This document shows, piece after piece, positions 29,828-40,316 of a DNA stretch of 64,000 nucleotides. The notes under the pieces are model-generated. The model did not search any database. It was not told the DNA's origin and saw only the letters and a program-made list of their open reading frames with translations. This stretch comes from Clostridia bacterium. Its GTDB lineage: Bacteria > Bacillota > Clostridia > TANB77 > CAG-465. How positions within the stretch are numbered: position 1 is the first letter of the stretch; each line of letters begins with the position of its first letter. The DNA lies in NCBI GenBank assembly GCA_017536445.1, contig JAFXHJ010000012.1:2348-66347 (forward strand), written 5' to 3'. The position numbers and the translations under genes are program-made.

Positions 29828-31303
29828 TTATATTCTAATTACAGCTCCCATCGCTTGTGTAGATAAGTAGTTTTCAGATATATGATCATTAGTTGTACCG
29901 CCGCCTAGTATTACTATATCTCCTTTTTTAATATGTTTCTCTGTAATTAATGTGTCTACTCCTTTTTTTAGTATTTCTTCAAAATTGTGCTCGTCTGGGA
30001 AATAATATGCTGTTACGCCCCATTCTAAAGATAATTGTCTATATGTTTTTTCATTTGCAGTAAATACATATATTGGGCATTTTGGTCTATATCCTGAAAG
30101 AACAGCTGGTGTTTTACCTTTATCTGATATAGATATTATTGCTTTTGCTTCTGTAAATAACGCACTTGAACATACAGCAAAGTTTATTTGTCTTCTAAAT
30201 AAGTTTGCATCTTTAGTTTCATCTTCATCATCTGCTTCTACATAAGCGCCCAATTTGCTTACATTACGTTTCTTAAATCTATTCCAATAATCTATGCTAT
30301 CTTCTGTCTCTACTGCAATATTTTTCATCATGTTTATACATTCTACTGGATATTTACCAGATGCAGATTCTCCAGAAAGCATTATTGCACCTGTACCATC
30401 ATATATCGCGTTTGCTACGTCAGATACTTCAGCACGAGTTGGTCTTGGATTAGTTACCATTGATTCTAGCATTTGTGTTGCAGTTATAACCATTTTGCCT
30501 GCCGCTGTAGCCTTCTTAATCATATCTTTTTGGATTTGAGGAAGTTTAGCTATAGGTACTTCGACACCCATATCTCCTCTTGCTACCATTACTCCGTCAA
30601 CCACTTCTAATATATCATCGTAATTGTCTATTCCTTCCTGGTTTTCTATTTTAGCAATTATTTTAACTTTATCTCCATTTATACTGCTTAAATAACTTCT
30701 TAAATCTAAAACATCTTGAACTTTTCTTACAAAAGATGCAGCTATAAAATCTACATCGTTTTCTACACCGAATTTAATATCTTCTTTATCTCTATCTGTT
30801 AAAGCTGGTAAAGATAATTTTATACCTGGTATATTAACACCTTTTTTAGACTTAATTGAGCCTGTATTTTTAACAAGACATACGATGTCTTCTTTTTTAA
30901 TTTTTACAACTTCTAATTCTATTAATCCATCGTCTAATAATATTGTTGAGCCTACTTTAACATCATCTACTAAACCTTTGTATGTAACGCTAACTTTTTC
31001 TGTATCTCCCACAACTTCTTTAGTAGTAAGTGTAAATTCTGAGCCTTGAACTAATAACACTGGTTCTTCTGCAAATACACCCAAACGAATTTCTGGTCCT
31101 TTTGTATCTAGCATTAAACCAACATTTTTATTTAATTTTTTATTTAGTTTTTTTACTCTCTCTATTTTTGCTAAGTGTTCTGGATGAGAACCGTGTGACA
31201 TATTAAATCTTGCCACATTAAGTCCTGCTTTCATTAGTTTTTCTAACATAGCTTCACTTTCTGAGCTTGGTCCTATTGTCGCTACTATTTTTGTTTTTAT
31301 CAT
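29828..31303 (-). CDS. pyk: pyruvate kinase with C-terminal PEP-utilizing (mobile) domain
   Basis: MIKTKIVATIGPSS start after AAAGGAG. PK barrel and C-terminal ILGGGTTNDHI domain. Confidence 0.88.
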   Translation of the reverse strand: MIKTKIVATIGPSSESEAMLEKLMKAGLNVARFNMSHGSHPEHLAKIERVKKLNKKLNKNVGLMLDTKGPEIRLGVFAEEPVLLVQGSEFTLTTKEVVGDTEKVSVTYKGLVDDVKVGSTILLDDGLIELEVVKIKKEDIVCLVKNTGSIKSKKGVNIPGIKLSLPALTDRDKEDIKFGVENDVDFIAASFVRKVQDVLDLRSYLSSINGDKVKIIAKIENQEGIDNYDDILEVVDGVMVARGDMGVEVPIAKLPQIQKDMIKKATAAGKMVITATQMLESMVTNPRPTRAEVSDVANAIYDGTGAIMLSGESASGKYPVECINMMKNIAVETEDSIDYWNRFKKRNVSKLGAYVEADDEDETKDANLFRRQINFAVCSSALFTEAKAIISISDKGKTPAVLSGYRPKCPIYVFTANEKTYRQLSLEWGVTAYYFPDEHNFEEILKKGVDTLITEKHIKKGDIVILGGGTTNDHISENYLSTQAMGAVIRI

Positions 31304-31399
31304 AAATATCTCCTTTGTTTTCCCCCCCAAGTTTCGGGCACTATATATTACTATAGTTCTATAATAAATGCAAGTTTTTTTCAAGTATTATGTAAAATT

Positions 31400-31972
31400 T
31401 TATCGATTTTTTATATATCTATAGATATCTCCCCAGTTATTTACCTCTTTAACATATTCGTTTTCCTCTAATTTCTTTAAATTAGCGTCTCTAAAATATA
31501 ACGTTTTAACTTTATTTTTAGATAAATGTTCTATTACTTTGTAATCATCATCTATCATAACATCTACTTTTTCCGTAATGTATGCGTTTAGTTTGTCTGA
31601 AGTGTGCCAGTAGTATTTATCAAAAGAAAGACCTTTTTCTTCAAATATTCTTATTGCATCATCTTTCATTTCGGGAATCCATCCACCTCTAGCTGTTATT
31701 ACAACGAATGTATGTCCCTCTTCTATTAATTTTTTATATACCGTTTCAAATCCTGCCATTAGAGGGCTTACTTTTGAAATTTCTAAATAATATTTATCTC
31801 TAAACACTTTCGTTTGCTCTTCCGTCCAATTATATCTTCGACTATGTTTTGGTTCGCTTCTATCTATTAAATTATTTCCATTTAGCTCTTCTATATCGTA
31901 TATTTCTTCATATGTTCTAAAAACATTTTCTGAATCAAAAACAACCCCATCTAAATCTATTCCTATTACCAT
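31400..31972 (-). CDS. HAD-superfamily 5'(3')-deoxyribonucleotidase-like protein
   Basis: Motif I GIDLDGVV, 190 aa. Confidence 0.55.
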   Translation of the reverse strand: MVIGIDLDGVVFDSENVFRTYEEIYDIEELNGNNLIDRSEPKHSRRYNWTEEQTKVFRDKYYLEISKVSPLMAGFETVYKKLIEEGHTFVVITARGGWIPEMKDDAIRIFEEKGLSFDKYYWHTSDKLNAYITEKVDVMIDDDYKVIEHLSKNKVKTLYFRDANLKKLEENEYVKEVNNWGDIYRYIKNR

Positions 31973-31975
31973 ATA

Positions 31976-32845
31976 TTATCCCTCATATTCTTCTATAGCT
32001 TGTACAACATCATCTATTACATTTTTAGGTGTAGACGCCCCAGCCATAATTCCAACATCTAACTTTCCTTCAAGTACGTTAAGATTCAACTCATCTTTTG
32101 TTTCTACCCAATATGTATTTTCACACTCTTCCTTTGATATATTATATAATTTGTGTGTATTTGAACTATTCTTTCCACCTACTATGATCATTACATCTTT
32201 AGATTTTGCCATTTCTCTTGTTTCATTTTGTCTTATGCTAGTTGCATTACATATTGTATTTTTAACCATTACATTTACATCTTTACATACATTTCCTTTT
32301 ATATATTCTGCATATTCTAAAAACACTTTTTCATCAAATGTTGTTTGTGCTATAACAGCTACATACTTATATTTATTAAGTTTATTTACTATTTCTTTTA
32401 ATTCGTCTTCATTTTCTATAATACTAGCATTATCTCCTAAAAAACTTATTGTACTTTTTGCTTCGGGATGGTCTTTTTTAGCAACAAGAATTATATATGA
32501 TTCTTCGTTTATATATTCCCTTACATCCTCTTTAATTTTTGCTACTTTTGGACATGTTAAGTCTAAAACTCTCATCCTTCTTTTTTCTGCAAGCTCATAT
32601 GTATGCTTCTCAGCCCCGTGTGCTCTTATTACTAGTTTAGAATTATTTGGTACCGTTTTTATGTTGTCTACAAATATTACACCCTTATTTTTAAAACTAT
32701 TTACCACATCTTTGTTGTGTACTAATTCCCCTAAGCAATATATTTTTTCGCTACTTTTTTCTAGCTCTTCGTCTAATGTCTTTATACACAAATTAACTCC
32801 TCCACAAAAACCAGCGTGTTTACCTATTTCAATATTTCTTTTCAT
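31976..32845 (-). CDS. ispH: 4-hydroxy-3-methylbut-2-enyl diphosphate reductase
   Basis: GFCGGVNLCIK motif and conserved Cys/His pattern, 289 aa. Confidence 0.85.
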   Translation of the reverse strand: MKRNIEIGKHAGFCGGVNLCIKTLDEELEKSSEKIYCLGELVHNKDVVNSFKNKGVIFVDNIKTVPNNSKLVIRAHGAEKHTYELAEKRRMRVLDLTCPKVAKIKEDVREYINEESYIILVAKKDHPEAKSTISFLGDNASIIENEDELKEIVNKLNKYKYVAVIAQTTFDEKVFLEYAEYIKGNVCKDVNVMVKNTICNATSIRQNETREMAKSKDVMIIVGGKNSSNTHKLYNISKEECENTYWVETKDELNLNVLEGKLDVGIMAGASTPKNVIDDVVQAIEEYEG

Positions 32846-33015
32846 ATTCCCTCCATGAGTTATATGTAATATATCACATGAGAAAAACTTTTTCCACTCT
32901 TAAATATTACAAATATATATCATTTTTGCTTTTTGTTTTCTATTTACAATATTTCGTTTTACATTTTTTTAGCTTTAATATATACTTATTCTATATATTA
33001 ACTTAGGGGGAAAAT

Positions 33016-35193
33016 ATGAAAGAAAATTTTTGGATATGGCTTTTTGTACTTGTATACTTTTCGCCAGTTATTTTTGGTTTAGCTGAAGCATTTGTGCCAG
33101 AAGACTTTAATATTAATCCATTCGACTATGCTAGAATAACCGATGTGGATTATAAAGCGGTATTGATAGATGAACCAGGCTCTAACGGGAAAGTAAGAAT
33201 TACAGAAAAGCTTACATTTGACATACACGCCTTCTCTAAAGGCAACCTATTCTGGGAACTTTGGAGAGCATTACCAGAAAAGTATGAAGATGGCGTAAAA
33301 ATAGAATACGACGTACTTCGTGTTGAGGAAATATTACCAAATGGTTCAAGAACAAAATATGATCACGCGAACAAATTGTATTGGGACGATTCAGACTATG
33401 TGAATGGTCCACGACATTGGTATCACAGCCCAGGGCCATATAATCCAGATCGAAACCTTTATGAATGTGTGTTGCTATACGTAGACGGATTATATAGAGA
33501 AAAGGTTCAATTTGAAATCGAATACGATATGTATAACGCGGCTTTAAGATATGCAGATTGCTCTTCTTTATACTTAACTATGTATTCTGAGTCTACAATT
33601 AAATATCTAAATTCATTTAAAGCTGAAATACTAATTCCAGACAAAGATATGCCAAGTATAGGAAATTATAAAGCAGGCACATATGGAACTAATTCTCATA
33701 CATTTAACTTTACAGAATCAGATTTCAAAAATCCAGGATACCATACATTCATTATTGATTTGGATGAATCCGAACTTAAATTTAGACCATATAATCAATA
33801 TATAGAATTTACTTTACTTTCATATGGTAAGGACAGACATAAATTTACAGATCACGCTTCAAGAAATAGATATTATAACGCTCCTGCGCTTCAAGAAATA
33901 TTAGATGAACAAGAAGAATATGACGCGCTAGTTCCGGCAGCTCGTAGCACTAAAACAAAAGTGCTTGTAATTGCTATTATAGTTTCAGTAATTATATTGT
34001 TCTCTACAACACTTACAATTAACAAGTTGTATAAAGATAACACATTCTATAGGCCAAGTATAAATGTTCAATATTTTAGAGATATACCTAGTAACTTAGA
34101 CCCATATTTTGCTGCTACTCTAGTATTCTCAAAAGAAAGAAAGAAAAAAGAATTAAAAGAAGTATATTCCGCATTAATGTTAAGTTTGGTACGTAAAAAA
34201 TATATTTCTTTAGAAAAGAAGGACATGAATATAGATTGGACACCTAAAAATACTGTGTTCAAAATATTAGCTAAAGTAGATAACAGACCAACCGAACCAG
34301 CATCTAATCCTAATACTATAGCGTATAATTCTACTACTCCACGCCCTAGCATTATGGATAGAATCGCTGAGATGGAAAAAAATCCAGTAACAGCCACAAA
34401 AATCTCTAAATATTATTCAGATACATACGGCGAATTAGAAGAACTAACTCCTTCTGAAGAAGCATATCTAAATCTTATATATAGATATAATCGACCTGAT
34501 GGATTAACAATGGAACAATTCCAACAAAGAATTAAAGCGGATTATTCTAATACAGATTCATTTGTTAAGAAGGTTAAACGTTCTGTAAAAAATATAGGTG
34601 TGTTACACGGATATTTCCAAACAGTAGAATATGATAAAGAAAAAAATAAAATGCTAGTCAAAGCAAAATCTTCAAGAAATTTGGGTCTAATATTTATTAT
34701 TATAGTAAACTTCATTTCTCACTTTACTCGTTTAGATTATGCTTATGGTGCATTTACACTAATTGGTATAGCGCTTCTACTTAAAGCGTACAAGATAAGT
34801 AAAATTGGTCGCACAGCACTTCTATATACACAATTTGGTGAAGATGAATATGCAAAATGGAAGGGCTTATACGACTTCTTAAACAGCCAAACGCTAATGA
34901 ACGAAAAAACAGTTGTAGATTTAGTGCTATGGGAAAAATATTTGGTTTATGCTACAGCTTTTGGAATTTCAGAAAAGGTTATTAAAGCATTGAATATAAG
35001 ATGCCAAGAATTCGAATTAGCACCTAGTCCTATGTTCGAAAATAGATACTATCGTTCAACATACTTCCGTTCTAGCAGTCGTTCATTTAGTTCGAGTGTA
35101 CGTTCTGCATCAAGATCATACTCTAGTCACATGGGTGGCGGCGGATACTACGGAGGCGGTCGTGGTGGCGGCGGCGGTGGCGGCGGTCACTAA
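33016..35193 (+). CDS. DUF2207 family membrane protein with C-terminal Gly-rich tail
   Basis: Signal peptide, extracellular domain, TM segments and terminal GGGGYYGGGRGGGGGGGGH. Confidence 0.65.
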   Translation: MKENFWIWLFVLVYFSPVIFGLAEAFVPEDFNINPFDYARITDVDYKAVLIDEPGSNGKVRITEKLTFDIHAFSKGNLFWELWRALPEKYEDGVKIEYDVLRVEEILPNGSRTKYDHANKLYWDDSDYVNGPRHWYHSPGPYNPDRNLYECVLLYVDGLYREKVQFEIEYDMYNAALRYADCSSLYLTMYSESTIKYLNSFKAEILIPDKDMPSIGNYKAGTYGTNSHTFNFTESDFKNPGYHTFIIDLDESELKFRPYNQYIEFTLLSYGKDRHKFTDHASRNRYYNAPALQEILDEQEEYDALVPAARSTKTKVLVIAIIVSVIILFSTTLTINKLYKDNTFYRPSINVQYFRDIPSNLDPYFAATLVFSKERKKKELKEVYSALMLSLVRKKYISLEKKDMNIDWTPKNTVFKILAKVDNRPTEPASNPNTIAYNSTTPRPSIMDRIAEMEKNPVTATKISKYYSDTYGELEELTPSEEAYLNLIYRYNRPDGLTMEQFQQRIKADYSNTDSFVKKVKRSVKNIGVLHGYFQTVEYDKEKNKMLVKAKSSRNLGLIFIIIVNFISHFTRLDYAYGAFTLIGIALLLKAYKISKIGRTALLYTQFGEDEYAKWKGLYDFLNSQTLMNEKTVVDLVLWEKYLVYATAFGISEKVIKALNIRCQEFELAPSPMFENRYYRSTYFRSSSRSFSSSVRSASRSYSSHMGGGGYYGGGRGGGGGGGGH

Positions 35194-35246
35194 TAAATAA
35201 CAAATAAAAGAGTTCATTAAATATGAACTCTTTTTATTATATATAT

Positions 35247-35900
35247 CTAATCTATCTCTTTTTTTGCTTTCTTTATCTTTGCTTTAACTGGTTCCTTAAA
35301 ACCATCCGTATGTAATATTTCTAAGCCCTTTATTTTATACGTATATAATAGCTTGTTTGTATCTTTCCTTATCTTTTCGCTATCCGAAACAAGAATTACT
35401 TTCTTTATTCCATTATCTAAAAGATATTTAGCGCTTGGCATATCTTGTTCATATACATACCAACTATTATCATATACAGTTCTATCTTTTCTAAATAAAT
35501 TCATTCTAGTACTGTCAAACAAAAATGCAGGTGGCGCATCTTCTTCAAAAGATATCTCTTTAAGAATATTCGCTCCCCATAAAACAGCTAATTCTAGTGG
35601 AGAATTGTCTACATTTGCCGTGGAACCTAATTGTTCATCCGGTCCATTATATATTACAATAGGTCTTACTCCATATTTTGCAAGACTAAGCCCTTCTCTT
35701 ACACTTTCTGCTCCTGGTAAGTCTATAATAAAAGCTGTTTCCTTATTTATATACTCTTTATAAAGTATTTCATCTAAGTTTTTGCTAAAGTATTCTTCCT
35801 TAACATTATCCATGTCTAGTCCTACAAATATTACCGGTCTAACCCAACCTTGCCATTTGCTTTTAGGAGCCCAAATTTTATATATTTCTTTTCCTACCAT
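35247..35900 (-). CDS. hypothetical protein, operon partner of the GspS-like ATP-grasp protein
   Basis: 217 aa. Start overlaps the upstream stop (ATGA). Confidence 0.5.
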   Translation of the reverse strand: MVGKEIYKIWAPKSKWQGWVRPVIFVGLDMDNVKEEYFSKNLDEILYKEYINKETAFIIDLPGAESVREGLSLAKYGVRPIVIYNGPDEQLGSTANVDNSPLELAVLWGANILKEISFEEDAPPAFLFDSTRMNLFRKDRTVYDNSWYVYEQDMPSAKYLLDNGIKKVILVSDSEKIRKDTNKLLYTYKIKGLEILHTDGFKEPVKAKIKKAKKEID

Positions 35901-37126
35901 TAATTTATGCCCCCTTCTATTAAAACTGGAATATCTGCCGCATTAGAGTCTATACGAGGCACATTACTAATACGAGCATAGAATCCTGCTTGTTTACCAT
36001 CTACTGTATACGAGCCAACGCACACGTGACATTCTTCACCATTTATTCCTTCTAAAGGTTTACTAATAAATTTCTTTTGAGCAAGATAACGTTTTGGATG
36101 CCACTTTACTTCTTTTAGTATTTTATCGTATTCGCCTTCCTCACATGCTTCTTTAATGCCTATCTTTTCTCCCACTCTGCCATACACTGGTTTGTATATA
36201 TATCCACTTTTGTCTTCTAGTTTTTTGTAGTCTTTAATAAGTTTCGTGTCTGGCAGAAGCTCTCTCCAATATTTCATAGATATTCCTGCTTTTTCTAAGT
36301 TATCCCAAACAAGTGGAAATCTTTTAGTTTGAGCAAACAATGCTATTGGATGGTTACAAGACATAGTTTCTGTACTAAAATATCCTCCCCATTTTTTAGG
36401 TTTAATTCTAGTTACCCATTCTAAAGGATTAAATCTAACAATTCCATCTAATTTACATTCATTCCCTGAAAGTATACTGTATGGTACTCCTTCTTTAAAT
36501 ATAATGTGGTCTGCCGCTCCATATATTATCTTAAACCCCATATTAGCAAGTTTATCCCCCATATATTGCATAACTTGTCTATCATCGCTAAAGCAAGTAC
36601 AATGTACCATCATAATTGTTCCGTTTTCTTTTGTTTTAGTTTTAATTGCGTTAGCTAAAATATCTCCAAAGCATTTTACAGAATATGTATCGTCTAAACC
36701 AATTATTTCTTTAGCAAGTTTAGGAAGCAAAGATGCTTCAGCAAAACCGCCTGGCACATCACTATTTACTTCACTTACTGCCCATTTTCCGTCAATTGTT
36801 GGATGGAAATCATAACGCATAAGTCTAACGTGTTTTGTTTTATCATAGTTGGACATAGATTCTATGTCCTTTTTTAGTCTTCTTGCTAGTCCTAATGGTT
36901 TTGCTTTATCTAAATTTGCATTTAAATATTCTTCTGCTGCTATTGTTTCTTTATCCATCGACTCCGTAAGAAATACTAGTTCTTCATATTCTTCTTTAGT
37001 TAATACTAAAGCATATTTTGCTACTGTATTGTTATCTTTAAACTGTGGATCCCATTTATAGCAGTCAAATATTGCTCCTAGTCTATATTCATCATATTTA
37101 TCCTCTGGTATAGGTACAAGTCTCAT
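35900..37126 (-). CDS. glutathionylspermidine-synthase-family (YgiC/YjfC-like) ATP-grasp protein
   Basis: [19 protein letters not shown] aligns with E. coli YgiC [35 protein letters not shown] aligns with KPIFSREGANVSII. Confidence 0.6.
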   Translation of the reverse strand: [408 protein letters not shown]

Positions 37127-37154
37127 ATTTCACCTCTTGTATATTTATTATTAT

Positions 37155-38333
37155 CTAATATTTTAAGAACCATTTAGCAAATCTTTTTGCTACTTTGTAT
37201 GCTGGCCCTTCAAGCTCACGTTTAGCATCTTTAAGATGTTTTCTAATTTCTAATCCCTGTGGACAATGTTTTTCGCATTTACCACATCCTACACAGTTAG
37301 AAGCAGATGTAGAATCTTTTCTAAGTAGTGTACACATCACATACTCTTTAAGCCCAATAAACTTACTATCCGTATGTAGCTTGTTGTATGCCGAGAAAGT
37401 TCCTGGGATATCTACCTTCATAGGGCATGGCATGCAATATCCACAACCCGTACAACCAACTTTCATACTTCTATTTATTTCTTTTACTACATCTTCTAGA
37501 AGCTTAAAGTCCTCCGAGTCAAACTCACCTACTTTTGCAGTAGAAGCATTCTTAACATTTTCTTCTACCATCTCTATAGAATTCATACCAGATAATACAC
37601 AAGTAACTTCTGGTTGATTCCATAACCATCTAAATGCCCACTCAGCTGGTGTACGTTTAGTTTTGTAGTTTTCAAATAGTTTTTTAGCTTTTTCTGGAAG
37701 ATTATTAACAAGTCTTCCACCTCTTAATGGTTCCATAATTATTACTGGTAACCCTTTAGCATTTGCATGTTTAAGACCTTTTACTCCTGCTTGAGAAGTT
37801 TCATCTAAATAGTTATATTGTATTTGGCAAAAATCCCAATCATATGCATCAACAATTTGGCAGAACATATCTGAATTCCCATGATAAGAAAAACCAATTT
37901 GACGTATCTTGCCACTTTCTTTTTTCTCACGTATCCAATCTGCTATTCCAAGTTCGCATAATCTTTCCCAGCTCTTTACATCTGTTAACATATGCATTAA
38001 ATAATAGTCTATATGATCTGTTTTAAGACGTTCTAGCTCTTCATTAAAACATTTCTCTGCACTCTCTTTAGATTTAATTAAATATTGTGGTAACTTAGTA
38101 GCTATATATATTTTATCTCTAGCATTATTCTTTGCTAAAACATATCCTAAGGCAGCTTCACTTCCTGGATAAATGTATGCTGTATCAAAATAATTGACAC
38201 CTGCATTAATAGCAGTCATTACCTCTTTATCCATTTTATCTAAATCTATTCCTGTTCCTTTTTTGGTAAATCTCATACAACCAAAACCTAAAACAGATAT
38301 ATCATTTCCGTACTTATCTTTTCTATATTTCAT
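37155..38333 (-). CDS. aldo/keto reductase fused to a C-terminal 4Fe-4S ferredoxin domain
   Basis: AKR motifs (GFGCMRF, IDYYLMH) and CTGCGYCMPCP...CVGCGKCEKHCP. Confidence 0.75.
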   Translation of the reverse strand: MKYRKDKYGNDISVLGFGCMRFTKKGTGIDLDKMDKEVMTAINAGVNYFDTAYIYPGSEAALGYVLAKNNARDKIYIATKLPQYLIKSKESAEKCFNEELERLKTDHIDYYLMHMLTDVKSWERLCELGIADWIREKKESGKIRQIGFSYHGNSDMFCQIVDAYDWDFCQIQYNYLDETSQAGVKGLKHANAKGLPVIIMEPLRGGRLVNNLPEKAKKLFENYKTKRTPAEWAFRWLWNQPEVTCVLSGMNSIEMVEENVKNASTAKVGEFDSEDFKLLEDVVKEINRSMKVGCTGCGYCMPCPMKVDIPGTFSAYNKLHTDSKFIGLKEYVMCTLLRKDSTSASNCVGCGKCEKHCPQGLEIRKHLKDAKRELEGPAYKVAKRFAKWFLKY

Positions 38334-38470
38334 ACTACACCTCTTTATATTAACTATGTTATATCACAAGGATACTACTTTAACAAGAAAATTATATTTT
38401 ATTTATAAAAAGCTAGACATTTTTAACTAAAAATGTTAAAATGAACATATGTTCTTTAGGAGGTATTTAT

Positions 38471-39170
38471 ATGAACACTAATTCGAAGCATAACGATACC
38501 GAATTATCTTCAATCAATCTAAAAAATCTTAGTCTTAATCGTTTAAATCAATCTTTTATTAAGCATATATCTGCAGGCGAATATAAAAAATCTGATTTGT
38601 TGGCATATTGGATAAATGATTTTGCCAATTACCATGATAATGAAGAATGTTTTAATTCCAATGAACTAAAACGATATAAAAGAGGCGATATAATAAAAGT
38701 CGACTTGGGATTTAACATCCGGAAACGAACTTGGCGGCCTACACTATTGCATTGTGATAAGTAAACACGATAAACCATCATTTGGAACACTAAATGTAAT
38801 TCCATTAACATCTATAAAAGAGGATAAAACTTATTTCAATGATACTGTTAATCTTGGTAGCGAATTATATGATTTATTATATTCTAAATTAAAAAAACAT
38901 ATTTCTAAATCTTCTTTATATACTCCCTTAAACACTTCGTTTTATCAAAATAATTTAGTTAGCGAAAATTCAAAAATGATACTAAAACTCCAACATGAAA
39001 TAAACAAAATGAAAAAAGGCAGCATAGCACTTTTAAATCAAATTACAACTATTAGTAAACAACGTATTTTTAACCCCAAATCTTCAAATGATTTATTATC
39101 TGGCATACATATTTCTAATTCAAGTTTAAATCTAATTGATACAAAACTCATCGAACTTTTCACAAAATAA
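38471..39170 (+). pseudogene. long PemK/MazF-family toxin-like gene disrupted by a -1 frameshift near 38715
   Basis: Frame 1 ends ...KRGDIIKVDLGFNI(RKRTWRPTLLHCDK*). The +1 frame continues GNELGGLHYCIVISKHDKPSFGTLNVIPLTS, which is the PemK/MazF core. Promoter TAGACA-17-TAAAAT and RBS AGGAGG. Confidence 0.55.
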
Positions 39171-39305
39171 TTATAATATCTTGATTTTTCACATATTATA
39201 TATTATAATTAAGTTATTATTGAGCTATGCGTTTATACGCATCGGCATTTAAAACATTTGAGAGTAGTCCAATGCGGACTACTCGCTTTTTTATTTATTA
39301 TTATT

Positions 39306-39938
39306 TTATTTGCCAATTATAATAGCACCACTCCATTTAAATGAGTCTATCCAATAACGTGTGCCTATAAAATTAACCTTTTCTTCTACTAAGCCATAAT
39401 CTTTATGTTCATACTTAATATTAAATGTTAAAAATATTTTATTTTCGTCCCAGGTAGCACTTTGTGTACCTCGCAATGAATTAATAGAAATAATATTTTC
39501 TTTTTCTTCTCCCATTCCATTTAAGAAAACTTCAGTTAAATCTTTATTGTATTTATCAAAAATCCAAGTAGCATATCCTCCACCACAAGCGCCAGCATCC
39601 CAATCCACAGGTCTAGTATAAATATATCCAACTAAAGTTCCGCATACTATTAATAATACACAAACGCTAATTATAATACCTATTTTTATTTTTTGTCTTT
39701 TAGACAATTTTTGTTTAGACTTACTCGTATCTACTGTTTCTTGTTTACCAGATGCAATGTATTCTACTGTGGAATTTAACAGTTCTGCTAATTTAATAAT
39801 ATTATTAGTATCCGGATTTGATATATCTTGTTCCCACTTTGATACTGCTTGTCGACTTACTTCTAATTGTTCTGCAAGATACTCTTGAGAATAGTTAAGG
39901 TTTCTTCTTAAATCTCTAATTCTGCTTCCAATGGTCAT
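39306..39938 (-). CDS. membrane-bound XRE-family HTH transcriptional regulator
   Basis: N-terminal HTH LRRNLNYSQEYLAEQLEVSRQAVSKWE, one TM and a C-terminal extracytoplasmic domain. Confidence 0.7.
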   Translation of the reverse strand: MTIGSRIRDLRRNLNYSQEYLAEQLEVSRQAVSKWEQDISNPDTNNIIKLAELLNSTVEYIASGKQETVDTSKSKQKLSKRQKIKIGIIISVCVLLIVCGTLVGYIYTRPVDWDAGACGGGYATWIFDKYNKDLTEVFLNGMGEEKENIISINSLRGTQSATWDENKIFLTFNIKYEHKDYGLVEEKVNFIGTRYWIDSFKWSGAIIIGK

Positions 39939-40033
39939 AATAATTACCTCCTTCTAGGATAATTATATAAATTTTAATAATTGCGTTCTACCAACTATTT
40001 GTCAATTATAGGTTGCATGCTACAAATTATTAT

Positions 40034-40303
40034 TTATTTATGTATTACTATCTTTTTAGGATTAATCACATCACAAACAACCTTTAACTTATCTCCAATG
40101 TTTATTTCTTTATCTCCTAAATACACAAATTTGTTCTTTTCGTAAGTAGTGTCATTTACAGTGTATTCAACAGTTATTATATATGGAAATGTTGCTCCAT
40201 CTAATGTCGATGTTCTAAAAGCTTTTGTATTTATTTTTATCCACCACATTTTCTTTAATTTAATTATTATTCCTTCTACTTCTATATTTCCTTGTTTATT
40301 CAT
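40034..40303 (-). CDS. hypothetical small protein
   Basis: 89 aa, immediately downstream of the ABC-F gene. Confidence 0.4.
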   Translation of the reverse strand: MNKQGNIEVEGIIIKLKKMWWIKINTKAFRTSTLDGATFPYIITVEYTVNDTTYEKNKFVYLGDKEINIGDKLKVVCDVINPKKIVIHK

Positions 40304-40316
40304 TTTTACCCCAATT

